This document shows, one piece after another, positions 9,678 through 19,817 of a DNA stretch of 64,000 nucleotides; the stretch's first letter is position 1, and each line of letters begins with the position of its first letter. The stretch comes from Candidatus Latescibacterota bacterium (GTDB lineage Bacteria; Latescibacterota; UBA2968). The stretch lies in contig OZ244960.1 in the NCBI GenBank assembly GCA_965222605.1, positions 5,696,001-5,760,000 of the forward strand, given 5' to 3'. Position numbers and translations under genes: made by a program. The notes under the pieces were generated by a model. The model did not search any database, was not told the origin of the DNA, and worked only from the letters and a program-made list of their open reading frames with translations.

Positions 9678-11309
9678 ATGAATGTATCAGGTGAAATGTT
9701 GTACAATGGGATTGTTTTGCCAGAGGTCTGGCCGCCTCGCGATGTGGATGAAGGCGGCACAGCACCTCTTCCCATTCCCTATTTGGACGATCCGCCAGAG
9801 GTCATTTGCATCGATCTGGGCAGGCAGTTGTTTGTAGATGATTTTTTGATTGCCTCTACTTCTCTAACAAGGGTTTTTGGCGAGGCAAAGATCCATGAGG
9901 CCAGTCCCGTTCTGAGCCCCGAGACGGATGACGAGATGGACAATGGCTATTGTCCAATGGCTGCACCGTTTAATGACGGCGCGTGGTACGATCCCGAAGA
10001 TGGATTGTTTAAGCTGTGGTACATGCCGGGCTGGTTTCGCAGCACGGCGTTGGCAATAAGCCGAGATGGCATCCACTGGGAGCGTCCAGATCTCGATGTT
10101 GTGCGCGGTACGAATCTCGTATGGCCCAATCGGGATGGATACGATAGAGATGGGTGTCTGGTGTGGCTGGACTATGACGCGGAAAGACCTGAAGAACGCT
10201 TTAAGATGTTTCAGTATTATCGGTATGACACAGAGGGCAACGCGACTACAGCAGAAGGCTGGTTGCACACATCGCCCGATGGGATTCACTGGTCCGACCC
10301 TGTTGTGACAACACCCGTGGGCGATAATACGTCATTTTTTTACAATCCATTTCGCAAAAAGTGGTGTATGAGCATTCGGCGGCAAAGTGCCAATTTGCGC
10401 GCGCGATTTTATCGGGAGTGCGATGATTTTTTGAGAGGAGCTACGTGGGATCAAGAGCGCGATGAGGTTCTCTGGCAGCGCATTGACAATCTCGCTTTGC
10501 CCGATCCCGAACTGCCCGATCACCGGGTCGCACTTTACGATGTGAATGCAACGCCTTATGAGAGTTTGATGTTGGGACTATTCGCAATTTTTCGCGGGCC
10601 TGAAAATAATATTTGTGCGGAGAAGGGCGTGCCCAAAACAATGGATCTGGAACTGGGATATAGCCGCGATGGATTTCATTTTAGCCGTCCAAATCGCACG
10701 CCTTTTCTCGCGTCGTCGCGCCGTATTGGCGATTGGAATCGGGCGTATTTGCACGCGGTGGGCGGCGTTTGTATGGTGGTGGGGGATGAAGTGTGGATTT
10801 ATTTCACGGGTTTTTCTGGCCAGTCGCCAAAGCTCGGCAAGACAGATGTGGGGGCGTCTGGGCGAAGTCGGCGCGTGATGTATGCGGGGGCGAGTACGGG
10901 ATTGGCAACCATTAGGCGAGATGGTTTTGCATCTATGGATGCAGGTGCCGATGGCGGTGTGTTGACTACGCGCTCTGTGGTTTTTAAGGGGCATCGGTTA
11001 TTTGTGAATGTGGAGACGGCTGGTGGTGAATTGCGGGTGGAAGTACTGGAAGAAAACGGGCAACTGGTCGAAGGTTTAACCGCGGAACAGTGTGTACCGC
11101 TTTGTGTGGATCGCACCTGCTGCGAGGTCTTATGGACTTCTGGGAAAAATTTGTCTTCGGTTTCTGGGCGTCCTGTGGTGTTCCGGTTTTATTTGCGGTC
11201 GGGGCGATTATTTTCGTTTTGGGTCACAGATGATCCCAATGGAGCGAGTTCTGGATATCTGTCGGCCGGTGGACCCGGTTGTATAAAGGGCAGGGATTTG
11301 TCCAGGTGA
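9678..11309 (+). CDS. GH32/GH43-like five-bladed beta-propeller glycoside hydrolase-like protein
   Basis: Repeated SxDGIHW/SRDGFHF boxes, FKLWY, GDNTSFFYNP and RRDGFASM, plus a C-terminal beta-sandwich. Confidence 0.6.
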   Translation: MNVSGEMLYNGIVLPEVWPPRDVDEGGTAPLPIPYLDDPPEVICIDLGRQLFVDDFLIASTSLTRVFGEAKIHEASPVLSPETDDEMDNGYCPMAAPFNDGAWYDPEDGLFKLWYMPGWFRSTALAISRDGIHWERPDLDVVRGTNLVWPNRDGYDRDGCLVWLDYDAERPEERFKMFQYYRYDTEGNATTAEGWLHTSPDGIHWSDPVVTTPVGDNTSFFYNPFRKKWCMSIRRQSANLRARFYRECDDFLRGATWDQERDEVLWQRIDNLALPDPELPDHRVALYDVNATPYESLMLGLFAIFRGPENNICAEKGVPKTMDLELGYSRDGFHFSRPNRTPFLASSRRIGDWNRAYLHAVGGVCMVVGDEVWIYFTGFSGQSPKLGKTDVGASGRSRRVMYAGASTGLATIRRDGFASMDAGADGGVLTTRSVVFKGHRLFVNVETAGGELRVEVLEENGQLVEGLTAEQCVPLCVDRTCCEVLWTSGKNLSSVSGRPVVFRFYLRSGRLFSFWVTDDPNGASSGYLSAGGPGCIKGRDLSR

Positions 11310-11320
11310 TGATGTGTGAT

Positions 11321-12046
11321 TTAGCCGTGCTTTGTCCAGTAGGCTTCGAGTTTGTCTCGAGGGTCAAAGCCGAGTAATGTGCGCGCGCGCGTGTTTGGGA
11401 AGCGATTGTGTGGCAGGTCTGTGGTGATGAAGAAGACTTCAAAGCGCGATGGGAGTGTTTGGAGATCTACGTCTATGGCGCACTTAACGGCTTGTGCGGC
11501 ATCTCTGGCTGATATGCTGAGGGTGCTGTCATCGGTGTTGTGTGGATCGGCAGTGGGTTCTCGAAAGCGCGAAAAGATGAGCGAAAGGACGTGTAGCGGA
11601 TGGTGTTCGCTGAAGAGTCGGCAGATTTCGAGGCCGAGTCCTTTGCTCATTGCATAGAGTTCCGTGCCGGGTTGTGGAGGGATTTTTTCAGAAATGGTAT
11701 GGTCGTAATCGAGATAGGAAGGACCGACGAGTGAGAAGCGCGGTCCCGTGTTTATAAAGCGTTTCATGCCATATGCAACTGCGGCGCGGAGCGCGTTGTG
11801 CGTTCCCATTGTGTTCACGCCAAAAGCAATTTTGCGATGGGTGCGCTGAACAGAGCAGTTGATGATGACGTCCATGCCCTCGGCAGCGGACATGACTTGA
11901 GCAAAATCGGATACATCGACCTGCCGCGTGTCGTGTGGTGTATCGATGGGCCTGAGGTCGGTGACGCGAAGTTGATGGTGGTCTTCGAGCGCGCTGACGA
12001 CATAAGGACCGAGAAAACCATTGCCACCGAGAATGAGAACTTTCAT
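11321..12046 (-). CDS. NAD-dependent epimerase/dehydratase, uronate-dehydrogenase-like
   Basis: MKVLILGGNGFLG and YAMSK. Confidence 0.8.
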   Translation of the reverse strand: MKVLILGGNGFLGPYVVSALEDHHQLRVTDLRPIDTPHDTRQVDVSDFAQVMSAAEGMDVIINCSVQRTHRKIAFGVNTMGTHNALRAAVAYGMKRFINTGPRFSLVGPSYLDYDHTISEKIPPQPGTELYAMSKGLGLEICRLFSEHHPLHVLSLIFSRFREPTADPHNTDDSTLSISARDAAQAVKCAIDVDLQTLPSRFEVFFITTDLPHNRFPNTRARTLLGFDPRDKLEAYWTKHG

Positions 12047-12050
12047 GGGA

Positions 12051-12857
12051 TTATTGGGTGACGCGCGGGCGGTTTGTGCGGTAGGGCGGTTCGAGAAGGG
12101 CGCGTTGTGTGGGTGTAAATTCGTCGAGTGCTTTTTCCACATCTGGCGGCAGATATCGAGCTGAATAGGTCAGCGTGCCGGGGGAGTATTTGTAGAGTAT
12201 GGATCTGCGTTGATGGTCGGCTGTCCAGGGGAGCGTGCCATGCGCCAGTGCTTCTGTGAAGATGATGGCCGATCCCGCTTTTGCCGGGACTTGCTGTACA
12301 ACCCCCATATCCCGGTCCACACGTGCGACATCGCGGGGTGTTTTGTAGTTGGATTTGTGGCTGCCGGGAATGCAGGCAAAACCGCCCTCGCCGGGGTTGC
12401 AATCGGTGAGTACCCACGAGACCACGGTGAGGCCACAGCGCATTCGCCCATTGTGAAATTGATAGAAGTGCGTCAGGTCGTCAGCCGTGCCCCCGCCGTG
12501 GATGACATGGCCTTCGGCTCCTTTTTCCATGATGATGCCGTAGAGGTGGTCGAGGCGACAGTCTTCGCGCAGCAATTCTGCAAGGTAGGGCACGATATTT
12601 GGATGGGCGAGCAAATCGCGGAAGGGTTGACACCAGGGTTTGGGCCATGTGAGCATGCCGCTCAAATCGGTGCGCCCGTGTTTGCCCTTGAGTGCTTTGG
12701 ACTCGCCGGAGAGGGATTGCTCTGACGGGCGAATGTGCATCTTGTCGGGGTTGTTGTCAATGGCTTTGTTGCACGCGGCAATTTCGTCGGCTGTCAAAGC
12801 GTTTTCAACCACGAGGTAGCCGTTGAGGTCGAAGAAGAATTTTTCGTGTTCGTCCAT
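12051..12857 (-). CDS. Phytanoyl-CoA dioxygenase (PhyH) family protein
   Basis: FDLNGYLVV, IPGSHK, EALAHG, RRS. The metal motif is HGG rather than HxD. Confidence 0.85.
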   Translation of the reverse strand: MDEHEKFFFDLNGYLVVENALTADEIAACNKAIDNNPDKMHIRPSEQSLSGESKALKGKHGRTDLSGMLTWPKPWCQPFRDLLAHPNIVPYLAELLREDCRLDHLYGIIMEKGAEGHVIHGGGTADDLTHFYQFHNGRMRCGLTVVSWVLTDCNPGEGGFACIPGSHKSNYKTPRDVARVDRDMGVVQQVPAKAGSAIIFTEALAHGTLPWTADHQRRSILYKYSPGTLTYSARYLPPDVEKALDEFTPTQRALLEPPYRTNRPRVTQ

Positions 12858-12884
12858 GTTCGAGATCCCTATGTAGAAGGCCAG

Positions 12885-13085
12885 TTAATCTTCATCTCCC
12901 TTGTCCCGCCTCATCCGATAGCGACCAATCCGCCGGATAAAAATCCACACCAGTCCAATAAGTGCAATATATTGCACAAAATCCCAAATCCAGCCCTTCC
13001 AGCCCAGGATGCCCGGCCAGACTGCGCCGATGCACAGGATGATAAATGCGTCTTCCAAAATCAGCCACAGCGGTCGCTCATTCAT
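12885..13085 (-). CDS. Small two-TM membrane protein
   Basis: 66 aa with two hydrophobic segments. Overlaps the slt stop codon. Confidence 0.6.
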   Translation of the reverse strand: MNERPLWLILEDAFIILCIGAVWPGILGWKGWIWDFVQYIALIGLVWIFIRRIGRYRMRRDKGDED

Positions 13086-15255
13086 TTTTATATCCCAATG
13101 ATATTTCTACCTCTGACTGTGCATCGTTGAGGTAAGAATAAACACGATAATTGCGATATACGAGTTTCACATAATTGCGGGTTTCTTTATAGGGAATGCG
13201 CTCTATAAATTCATCAACGTCGCGTTTTGTGAGGTGTTTTTCCCACCGCTTTGCAGCTTCCAGACCCGCATTATAAGCCGATAGTGCCAGACTAAGTTGC
13301 CTGTGCTTATCTTTTCGAAACGCCTTCATGTGGTCGGAGAGATGTTTCCCGCCCAATAAAATCGACGTGTGGGGATCGTGCAGGTCTTCGGTTGAAAAAG
13401 TTTTGAGCTTGACAAGTCGGGCCATATTCCGCCCTGTTTGTGGCATCACCTGCATCAATCCGCGTGCGCCCGCGCGAGACACAGCGGTTGTATTAAACGC
13501 GCTTTCCTGTCGCATGATGGCGATCATGAGATTGGGGTCCAGATTCATTTTTCGCGCGACCTGGTTGATCTCGCCCCAATAATACGTTGGATACAACCGC
13601 CGGAATGAAGCCCGCGTCATGGATATTCCCTTAGTGCGTTCTAACATTACAATCTGTGCGGACACTTGAAGTGCCTTGTGCATCGCGCGGACGCGCTCAT
13701 AGCGCGGCTTCAAATCATCCAGGGCAAACAAATTGCGTCCGAGAATTCGCCGAGCGCGGTCGTATTCGCGCTCGGCATCTCGGTACAACCCGATGGACGC
13801 CAATACGTCTCCTTTTGGGATATGCGTCGAAGGCGTATAGGATTGACCTACTGATAGGTGTTCGCCGGGTTGGGGTACTTCGATATAAGCATTTTCTGTT
13901 TTGCCCAGGACTGCATGTGCGCGTGCCGAGTAATAAGAGGTGGGAAACCCTTCTGAGGCGCGTTCAATCCAGAATCGCGCTTCTGCTTTTTGTCCCAATT
14001 TTTGGTAACACTTGCCCGCCCAGTAATACCCCTGATCGCGCAGATGGCTCGCAGAGGTCTGGCGCGCCAGGCGCAAAAAGGCTTTGGCAGCAGCCGTGTA
14101 TTGCCGCGTTTGATAAAGCGCGAATCCCGCCCGCCACGCCGCCTGGTCGGCATAATTACTTTTGGGATAGGTTTTTGCCAGTGTGAGAAATAGTTTGCGC
14201 GCATCGCTATGACGCCCCCGTCGCTCGTAGGCCATGGCCGCCTGCCAGAGGGCTTCGGATGCGGTTTTTGAGTTGGGATAGCGACGCACAAATTCTCGAA
14301 ACCGCGTTGTTCCCGTCAAATCTTGCCCGCGCTTGATGGCACATTGCCCCAGGTAAAAAAGTGCTTCGGACACATGATACACTTTGAAGGCGCGGTCAAA
14401 CGCGCTTTCGGCCTTGAGATATTTTCGACTGCGATAATATACATGGCCCAGTTCGTATTGCGCTTTTCCGCGCCATGTGGCATCTTGAGATTCATCAATC
14501 ACGCGGCGTAATAAATCGGTAGCCTGTCGATATTTTTCGGCATGCATGCAGGCTACACCCGCGTAAAACAGTTCTTCAATACCGCGCATATCACTCAGCG
14601 CGGGGAGCATTTCGAGAATGCCCGGATGTTTGGGATAATTTTTGACCAATTGCAACCACATTTCGCGCGCAGCAACAGAATCGTCCAGAGCAGTCCATGC
14701 CACGACCAGCCCGGCCAGTGCATCGCCTTCGTGCGGACGCTTGCCAACAAGTGTTTGATAATATGCGATAGCGCCTTCCGCATTGCCCTGTGCAAGCGCG
14801 ACCCGCGCGGCATTGAGTGTCGCCTGATCGCCGAGTAAACTCACTGGTCTCATGTGCAGGATTTTTGCATAATGATTTTCAGCGTCTTTGGCTTGCCCCA
14901 AAGCCTCGGCGCATTGTCCTATCCAAAAGGTCACATAATCGGCAATTTCTTTGCGCGTGGTGCCTGAAGACTGAAGAATTGTTAATGCGTCTGAGTATTT
15001 GCCGAGGTGCATCAGACAAATCGCGCGTTGCAACGCGATGGTGTGAGTATCCCAGGCATCGCGCTGGGTAGTGTCCATATTGTCGAGTGCGGATAATGCA
15101 TCGACAAAATTTTGCTGTGCAATTAGTTCTGCAACCCGGAAAATGGGATCGCGTTGTTCCCCTATTCCCAAATATCCCACGATTACAAATACGGCTATAA
15201 AGGGGAAGGCAAATAGCGCGACGCGGCTCACTAATCTGTTTTTGAAAAATGACAT
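13078..15255 (-). CDS. Soluble lytic transglycosylase (Slt-type) with TPR repeats
   Basis: N-terminal anchor, TPR repeats, and a C-terminal SLT domain (RQESAF, GLMQVMP, AYNAG, ETRNYV). Confidence 0.9.
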   Translation of the reverse strand: MSFFKNRLVSRVALFAFPFIAVFVIVGYLGIGEQRDPIFRVAELIAQQNFVDALSALDNMDTTQRDAWDTHTIALQRAICLMHLGKYSDALTILQSSGTTRKEIADYVTFWIGQCAEALGQAKDAENHYAKILHMRPVSLLGDQATLNAARVALAQGNAEGAIAYYQTLVGKRPHEGDALAGLVVAWTALDDSVAAREMWLQLVKNYPKHPGILEMLPALSDMRGIEELFYAGVACMHAEKYRQATDLLRRVIDESQDATWRGKAQYELGHVYYRSRKYLKAESAFDRAFKVYHVSEALFYLGQCAIKRGQDLTGTTRFREFVRRYPNSKTASEALWQAAMAYERRGRHSDARKLFLTLAKTYPKSNYADQAAWRAGFALYQTRQYTAAAKAFLRLARQTSASHLRDQGYYWAGKCYQKLGQKAEARFWIERASEGFPTSYYSARAHAVLGKTENAYIEVPQPGEHLSVGQSYTPSTHIPKGDVLASIGLYRDAEREYDRARRILGRNLFALDDLKPRYERVRAMHKALQVSAQIVMLERTKGISMTRASFRRLYPTYYWGEINQVARKMNLDPNLMIAIMRQESAFNTTAVSRAGARGLMQVMPQTGRNMARLVKLKTFSTEDLHDPHTSILLGGKHLSDHMKAFRKDKHRQLSLALSAYNAGLEAAKRWEKHLTKRDVDEFIERIPYKETRNYVKLVYRNYRVYSYLNDAQSEVEISLGYKNE

Positions 15256-15316
15256 CGTGAAAGCCTTTGATTGCAACCAACGCGATGAGGTTATTTGATG
15301 CGTCTCTAAAGAAAAA

Positions 15317-15345
15317 ATTGTAGTCCATATTGTACGCAATGTCAA
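15317..15345 (-). promoter_or_regulatory. Sigma70-type promoter for the slt operon
   Basis: Minus strand reads TTGACA-17 nt-TACAAT. Confidence 0.7.
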
Positions 15346-15429
15346 GACACAAAAAGAGGTCAGTAGTTGGTGATCAGGCCTTGATAGAGAAATTCAAGGC
15401 CAAGTTTTGTATTTCAGTCAGGAGTTTCT

Positions 15430-16803
15430 ATGAAAGCACTTATTCTCGCGGCGGGAAAAGGCGAACGTTTTTTTCCATTTAATATTTTTCGCCCCAAGCC
15501 GATGTTTCCCATATGCAATCGCCCGCTTTTGGAGTGGACGGTTTCGCGTCTGGTCGATGCGAATATTACGGATATCGGCATTGTGGTGGGGCATCGAGGG
15601 GGGCGAGCGCGCAATTATTTTGGCAGTGGGCAGCGATTTGGCTGTCAAATTACTTATATTGAGCAACCGCAGCCAAAAGGCACGGCGCATGCGGTGGGGC
15701 TGGCGGCTGATTTTATTGGCACTGATGATGTTCTGGTCATTTTCGGAGATATTTTTTTTGGTGGCGATGCAATCCCACACCTGTTAGATGTGTTTAGGGA
15801 TAGAAAATGTTCTGGTGTTGCTGGCATTGTCCAGGTTGACGATCTCTCATCTCATATACGCGCACACGCTGAAAAGGACCAGAGCTTGTCTTCCTATACC
15901 TATAAGCCCCGAGGCGGGTCGGGCCATGCCCTGTCAGGTCTTTATGTTTTTAAAAATGAAATTTTGTCCGATCTGGGCAATACCTCTGACTTTGTACCGA
16001 GAACCCAATATGGCATTTTTCCGCCTGAGGGCCAGGAAATTTGCGATGTTATCCCATTGCTCTACGGCGAGGGACGTGCGCTTATCGCGGTAGATTTGCC
16101 CGGGTCCTGGTTCGATATGGACCTGCCCTGGCATCCGAAAAATGTCGCGCTTATGGCACTTTCTGAAATGGCTGATGCACTCACAGAAGCGGTTGTTGCG
16201 CCAACGGCTACAGTCGATCCCGACGCTCGCATTCGCGGTCCCATTTTCGTCGATGAAAATACCACGATTGCCCGAGATGTCTATATTGAGGGACCAGTCT
16301 GGATTGGGAAAGATACTCAGATATTAGAAGGCTCTCACATCGCATCCCGTACTGTGATCGGCGATCGCTGCAAAATTGGCCCTTTTGCCAAAGTATCGGG
16401 TACGGTAGATACCAACTGTCATATCACCTATTTGGGCGAGTTTAGCGGTATCATGCTCGAAGAAGGTCGCGTGACCCATCAGATTCAGCTTTCGGGCATT
16501 TTTGGCGAGCGCGCAGAAATAGGCGCGGGTACACAGGTGGGCACGCTGCGCTTTGACGATGCGGAGATTGAGGTTGAAGTTCAGGGCATTCGCCGAAAAG
16601 CACCCGGGTTTACCGGCGTGTTGTTTGGGGATTATTCGCGTACGGGTATCGGTGCGATGATTATGCCCGGTCGCATTGTGGGGCCATGTGCGATGGTGGG
16701 CGCGGGCGTGGTACTCATGAAAAACGTGCCGCCGTACAAGGCAGTGCTCGTCAAGCAGCAACTCGATGTCGTTGATTGGTCACCCAATATCTATGACCGC
16801 TAA
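15430..16803 (+). CDS. Sugar-1-phosphate nucleotidyltransferase with a left-handed beta-helix (GlmU-like)
   Basis: ILAAGKGER...PKPM, QPQPKGTAHAV, and C-terminal hexapeptide repeats. Confidence 0.85.
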   Translation: MKALILAAGKGERFFPFNIFRPKPMFPICNRPLLEWTVSRLVDANITDIGIVVGHRGGRARNYFGSGQRFGCQITYIEQPQPKGTAHAVGLAADFIGTDDVLVIFGDIFFGGDAIPHLLDVFRDRKCSGVAGIVQVDDLSSHIRAHAEKDQSLSSYTYKPRGGSGHALSGLYVFKNEILSDLGNTSDFVPRTQYGIFPPEGQEICDVIPLLYGEGRALIAVDLPGSWFDMDLPWHPKNVALMALSEMADALTEAVVAPTATVDPDARIRGPIFVDENTTIARDVYIEGPVWIGKDTQILEGSHIASRTVIGDRCKIGPFAKVSGTVDTNCHITYLGEFSGIMLEEGRVTHQIQLSGIFGERAEIGAGTQVGTLRFDDAEIEVEVQGIRRKAPGFTGVLFGDYSRTGIGAMIMPGRIVGPCAMVGAGVVLMKNVPPYKAVLVKQQLDVVDWSPNIYDR

Positions 16804-16804
16804 T

Positions 16805-19795
16805 ATGCCAGAACTCGATCCCATCACATTAAATGCACGCCAGCGCGAAGCTGTTACCGCGCCGATAGGTCCCGTCCTCGTGCTGGCTGGGCCAGGCACG
16901 GGGAAGACGCGGGTGCTGACCGAACGCATTGCGTATCTGGTCTCGAAGCGCGGCGTTCATCCGGAAAATATTCTCGCGCTTACATTTACAAATAAGGCCG
17001 CGGCAGAACTGCAAATCCGCTTGTCGCGCACATTGAGCAAAGATGCTGCGGAGGCCGTTACCGCAGGTACATTTCACAGGTTTTGTATCTCAGTGCTGCG
17101 CCAGCATCGAGAAACGGTCGAGTTGCCACCTCATTTTGGCATCGCCGATGAAGATCTTCAGCGCACGCTGATCTATCGCGCTTTTCCACGCCTGAATCCC
17201 AACGAAAGCAATTTGAATAATGTGATGCAAAATGTGAATCGTCTGAAATGGCAGCGGCGATACAAGCGTCCGATGAAAAAGGGGGATGCGGCATTGCTCG
17301 ATCAGTACGAAGCAGAGCTTAAAAAGAATCGATTGATTGATTTTGACGATCTCATCTTTCTCGCGCATGACTTGCTTCATTCGCATCGCCAGATTTTGAT
17401 GGATTATCGCGCGCAATTTCAACACATCCTCGTCGATGAGTTTCAAGATACCGATCCGGTTCAATACGCCCTCGTTTATTTATTGAGCGCGGCCCACCGC
17501 AGCATTTTTGTGGTTGCAGATGACGAGCAATCTATTTACGGGTGGCGTCATGCAAGGCCAGAACATATTGAACAATTTCAAGATGATTTTCTCAAAGGAC
17601 ATCTACCTGTTTTTTTAGAGGAAAACTACCGATCATCCGCAGAAATTTTGCATCTGGCGCGCGTGTTTATCGCCAAGAATGACGTATTGTTTGAACGCAG
17701 CATCCGCACCCAGAGATCGGGACGCCGCGTGCGGGGGATGGCTTTTGACACGTTTGAGGAAGAAGGCCAGTTTATTGCGGGCGATATCTGGGATCGCATC
17801 CGGGAAACACCAGATCTGAGTCACCGAGATATTGCGGTGCTTTATCCCCAACATGCAATAGGCAGCGAACTCGAGCGCATTTTTATGCGCGCCAACGTAC
17901 CCTGCCTGATGGCCCATCGCAGGGGCTTGTTCGACCAGCCCGTGATCCGCCGCGCTCTGTCTGTGTTGCGCTATGCACTCGATGGCGCAAATGATGCGAG
18001 CCTCGAGTTGTTTTTGCGTCGCGAACTCGAAGCAGTGGATCCAAAATTATACCCGGCGGTGCGGGAATTTCAGAGACAAAAAAATATTGGCAGTTTCAAA
18101 CAGGCGGCTTTTCTATATCCGCGAACGGTTTCGGAAGAAGAGGGCGTTGATGTGGAACGCGCACTGGGGCTGGCAGGCGTGGTACACAATGCCGTGCAAA
18201 GGGGCGCGGTGGCATCTTTGCCCCATCTGGTGGATGATATTCTGGACCAATTGAATACATCGGAGTTGCCATCCCTGAAAAATCATCTCGACGACATCGT
18301 GGATCCACTTGAGCTTTCGGGTCTCGATACTGTTCTGAATCGCCTGTTGGCGCTCTGGCGTAGGGGAGGCACCTTGTATGTGGCCTGTCGCGATGAGGTG
18401 TTGCGGCACATGCTCACAACCCTGATCAGGGATGCGCTGGCGCGGCCGGGGCTTGTCATACGAGAGGCAGTGCCAGGCAGCCGATTGGATGTGTTATCTG
18501 ATACCCTGATTTTGTCGTTTGACAAAGATCCGCCGAAAACACCCAAACACTTTTTACATCTGGGCGGCCTGGCGTGCGGTGCTGTGCTCGCCGCACTCAA
18601 ATTGTGCCAGGCGATCCGCTGCGTCGATCTGCCGGCGTATATGCCGGAATACACTGCATTTGCTCTGGAAACCGCGAGCGACGATCCCGACCATGCACAG
18701 ATCACAGCCCTGAGTGCTGTGCGCGTGCGAGATGGGCATGTTGTCGATACGTTTTATTCTCCTGTGCGTTTGCGGGAAAATAAAGGTACGGCCCCGACAT
18801 TTCAGGAGATTTATCTCTCTTTTCAGGCGTTTGTCGGTATTGATATTCTGGTCGCTCATAATGGTTATGCATTCGATTTTCAAGTTTTGCACCGCGAAGC
18901 CCGTCGCAATGGCAGGTCTCGCATGCCCAATCCGACGGTTGATATATTGCCTATGGCTCGAAGCTATGGCGCGACCGCTGCACGCGCTCTGCGCCCTCTT
19001 TGCAAGCGGTATGATATTGCGTCAGATCCGAATGATCCGCCGGCGCTCGCGCGGGCATTGGCATTGCATCGCGTGTTTGAAGCTATGAAAAAAGAACGCG
19101 CTTCTCGCTACCGGCGCATGACGCATGAGCGCCTTTTGGATCAAGTTGCTCTGGGTTTGCTTTTTCGCGCGCGTGATGGCGCAAAGAACACGGAATTTTC
19201 CCGCGAAGAACACGTACATTTCGACCTGGGAGCGCAGCGTCTTTTGGGGCCGGCCAATTTGTGCATTCGCAATCTCGTGCGGCACTACCCTCGATTGGAT
19301 GCCGACCGGCTGCGGGGGCAGACACGGATGTTGCTCGGCGAAGATCCGCGTCCTGATGTGCTCGCATTGCACGCCCCCGATCAAATTCAACGCTTTCGGG
19401 ACCTGTGCGAACGCCACGGTGCCGCCGCGACATCTCTTCAGGAGGGCATTCGCAATTTGCTCGATTTTGCCGATCTCTATAAAGTTGAATTGGATACCCC
19501 AGACCGCGATGCCGTACATTTGCTCACGTTGCACGCAGCAAAGGGGCTTGAGTTCCGAGAGGTCTATATCTGCGGCCTCGAAGATCGCATTTTGCCCAAT
19601 GCACGCGCCTTGAACAGCGCAGATCTGGCCGAACAGCGCAGGTTGTTATACGTGGGGATTACCCGCGCAATGGATCGCCTCACGCTTTCCTGCGTGCGGC
19701 ATCGTCCGGGCCGAAATATGACGCCTTCTCGATTCTGGGACGATCTCGGTTTAGAGCGCGATGATCTCGGCGTGGATGCCGCTCCAACGGCGTGA
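16805..19795 (+). CDS. UvrD/PcrA-family helicase with an inserted DnaQ-like exonuclease domain
   Basis: Helicase motifs AGPGTGKT, TFTNKAA, DEFQD, QSIYGWR, NYRS, TLHAAKGLEF and YVGITRA. A DnaQ-like insert (VAHNGYAFDF) lies at about 18650-19080. Confidence 0.9.
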   Translation: MPELDPITLNARQREAVTAPIGPVLVLAGPGTGKTRVLTERIAYLVSKRGVHPENILALTFTNKAAAELQIRLSRTLSKDAAEAVTAGTFHRFCISVLRQHRETVELPPHFGIADEDLQRTLIYRAFPRLNPNESNLNNVMQNVNRLKWQRRYKRPMKKGDAALLDQYEAELKKNRLIDFDDLIFLAHDLLHSHRQILMDYRAQFQHILVDEFQDTDPVQYALVYLLSAAHRSIFVVADDEQSIYGWRHARPEHIEQFQDDFLKGHLPVFLEENYRSSAEILHLARVFIAKNDVLFERSIRTQRSGRRVRGMAFDTFEEEGQFIAGDIWDRIRETPDLSHRDIAVLYPQHAIGSELERIFMRANVPCLMAHRRGLFDQPVIRRALSVLRYALDGANDASLELFLRRELEAVDPKLYPAVREFQRQKNIGSFKQAAFLYPRTVSEEEGVDVERALGLAGVVHNAVQRGAVASLPHLVDDILDQLNTSELPSLKNHLDDIVDPLELSGLDTVLNRLLALWRRGGTLYVACRDEVLRHMLTTLIRDALARPGLVIREAVPGSRLDVLSDTLILSFDKDPPKTPKHFLHLGGLACGAVLAALKLCQAIRCVDLPAYMPEYTAFALETASDDPDHAQITALSAVRVRDGHVVDTFYSPVRLRENKGTAPTFQEIYLSFQAFVGIDILVAHNGYAFDFQVLHREARRNGRSRMPNPTVDILPMARSYGATAARALRPLCKRYDIASDPNDPPALARALALHRVFEAMKKERASRYRRMTHERLLDQVALGLLFRARDGAKNTEFSREEHVHFDLGAQRLLGPANLCIRNLVRHYPRLDADRLRGQTRMLLGEDPRPDVLALHAPDQIQRFRDLCERHGAAATSLQEGIRNLLDFADLYKVELDTPDRDAVHLLTLHAAKGLEFREVYICGLEDRILPNARALNSADLAEQRRLLYVGITRAMDRLTLSCVRHRPGRNMTPSRFWDDLGLERDDLGVDAAPTA

Positions 19796-19817
19796 TATCC
19801 CTTTCTCTACTCTGCCG

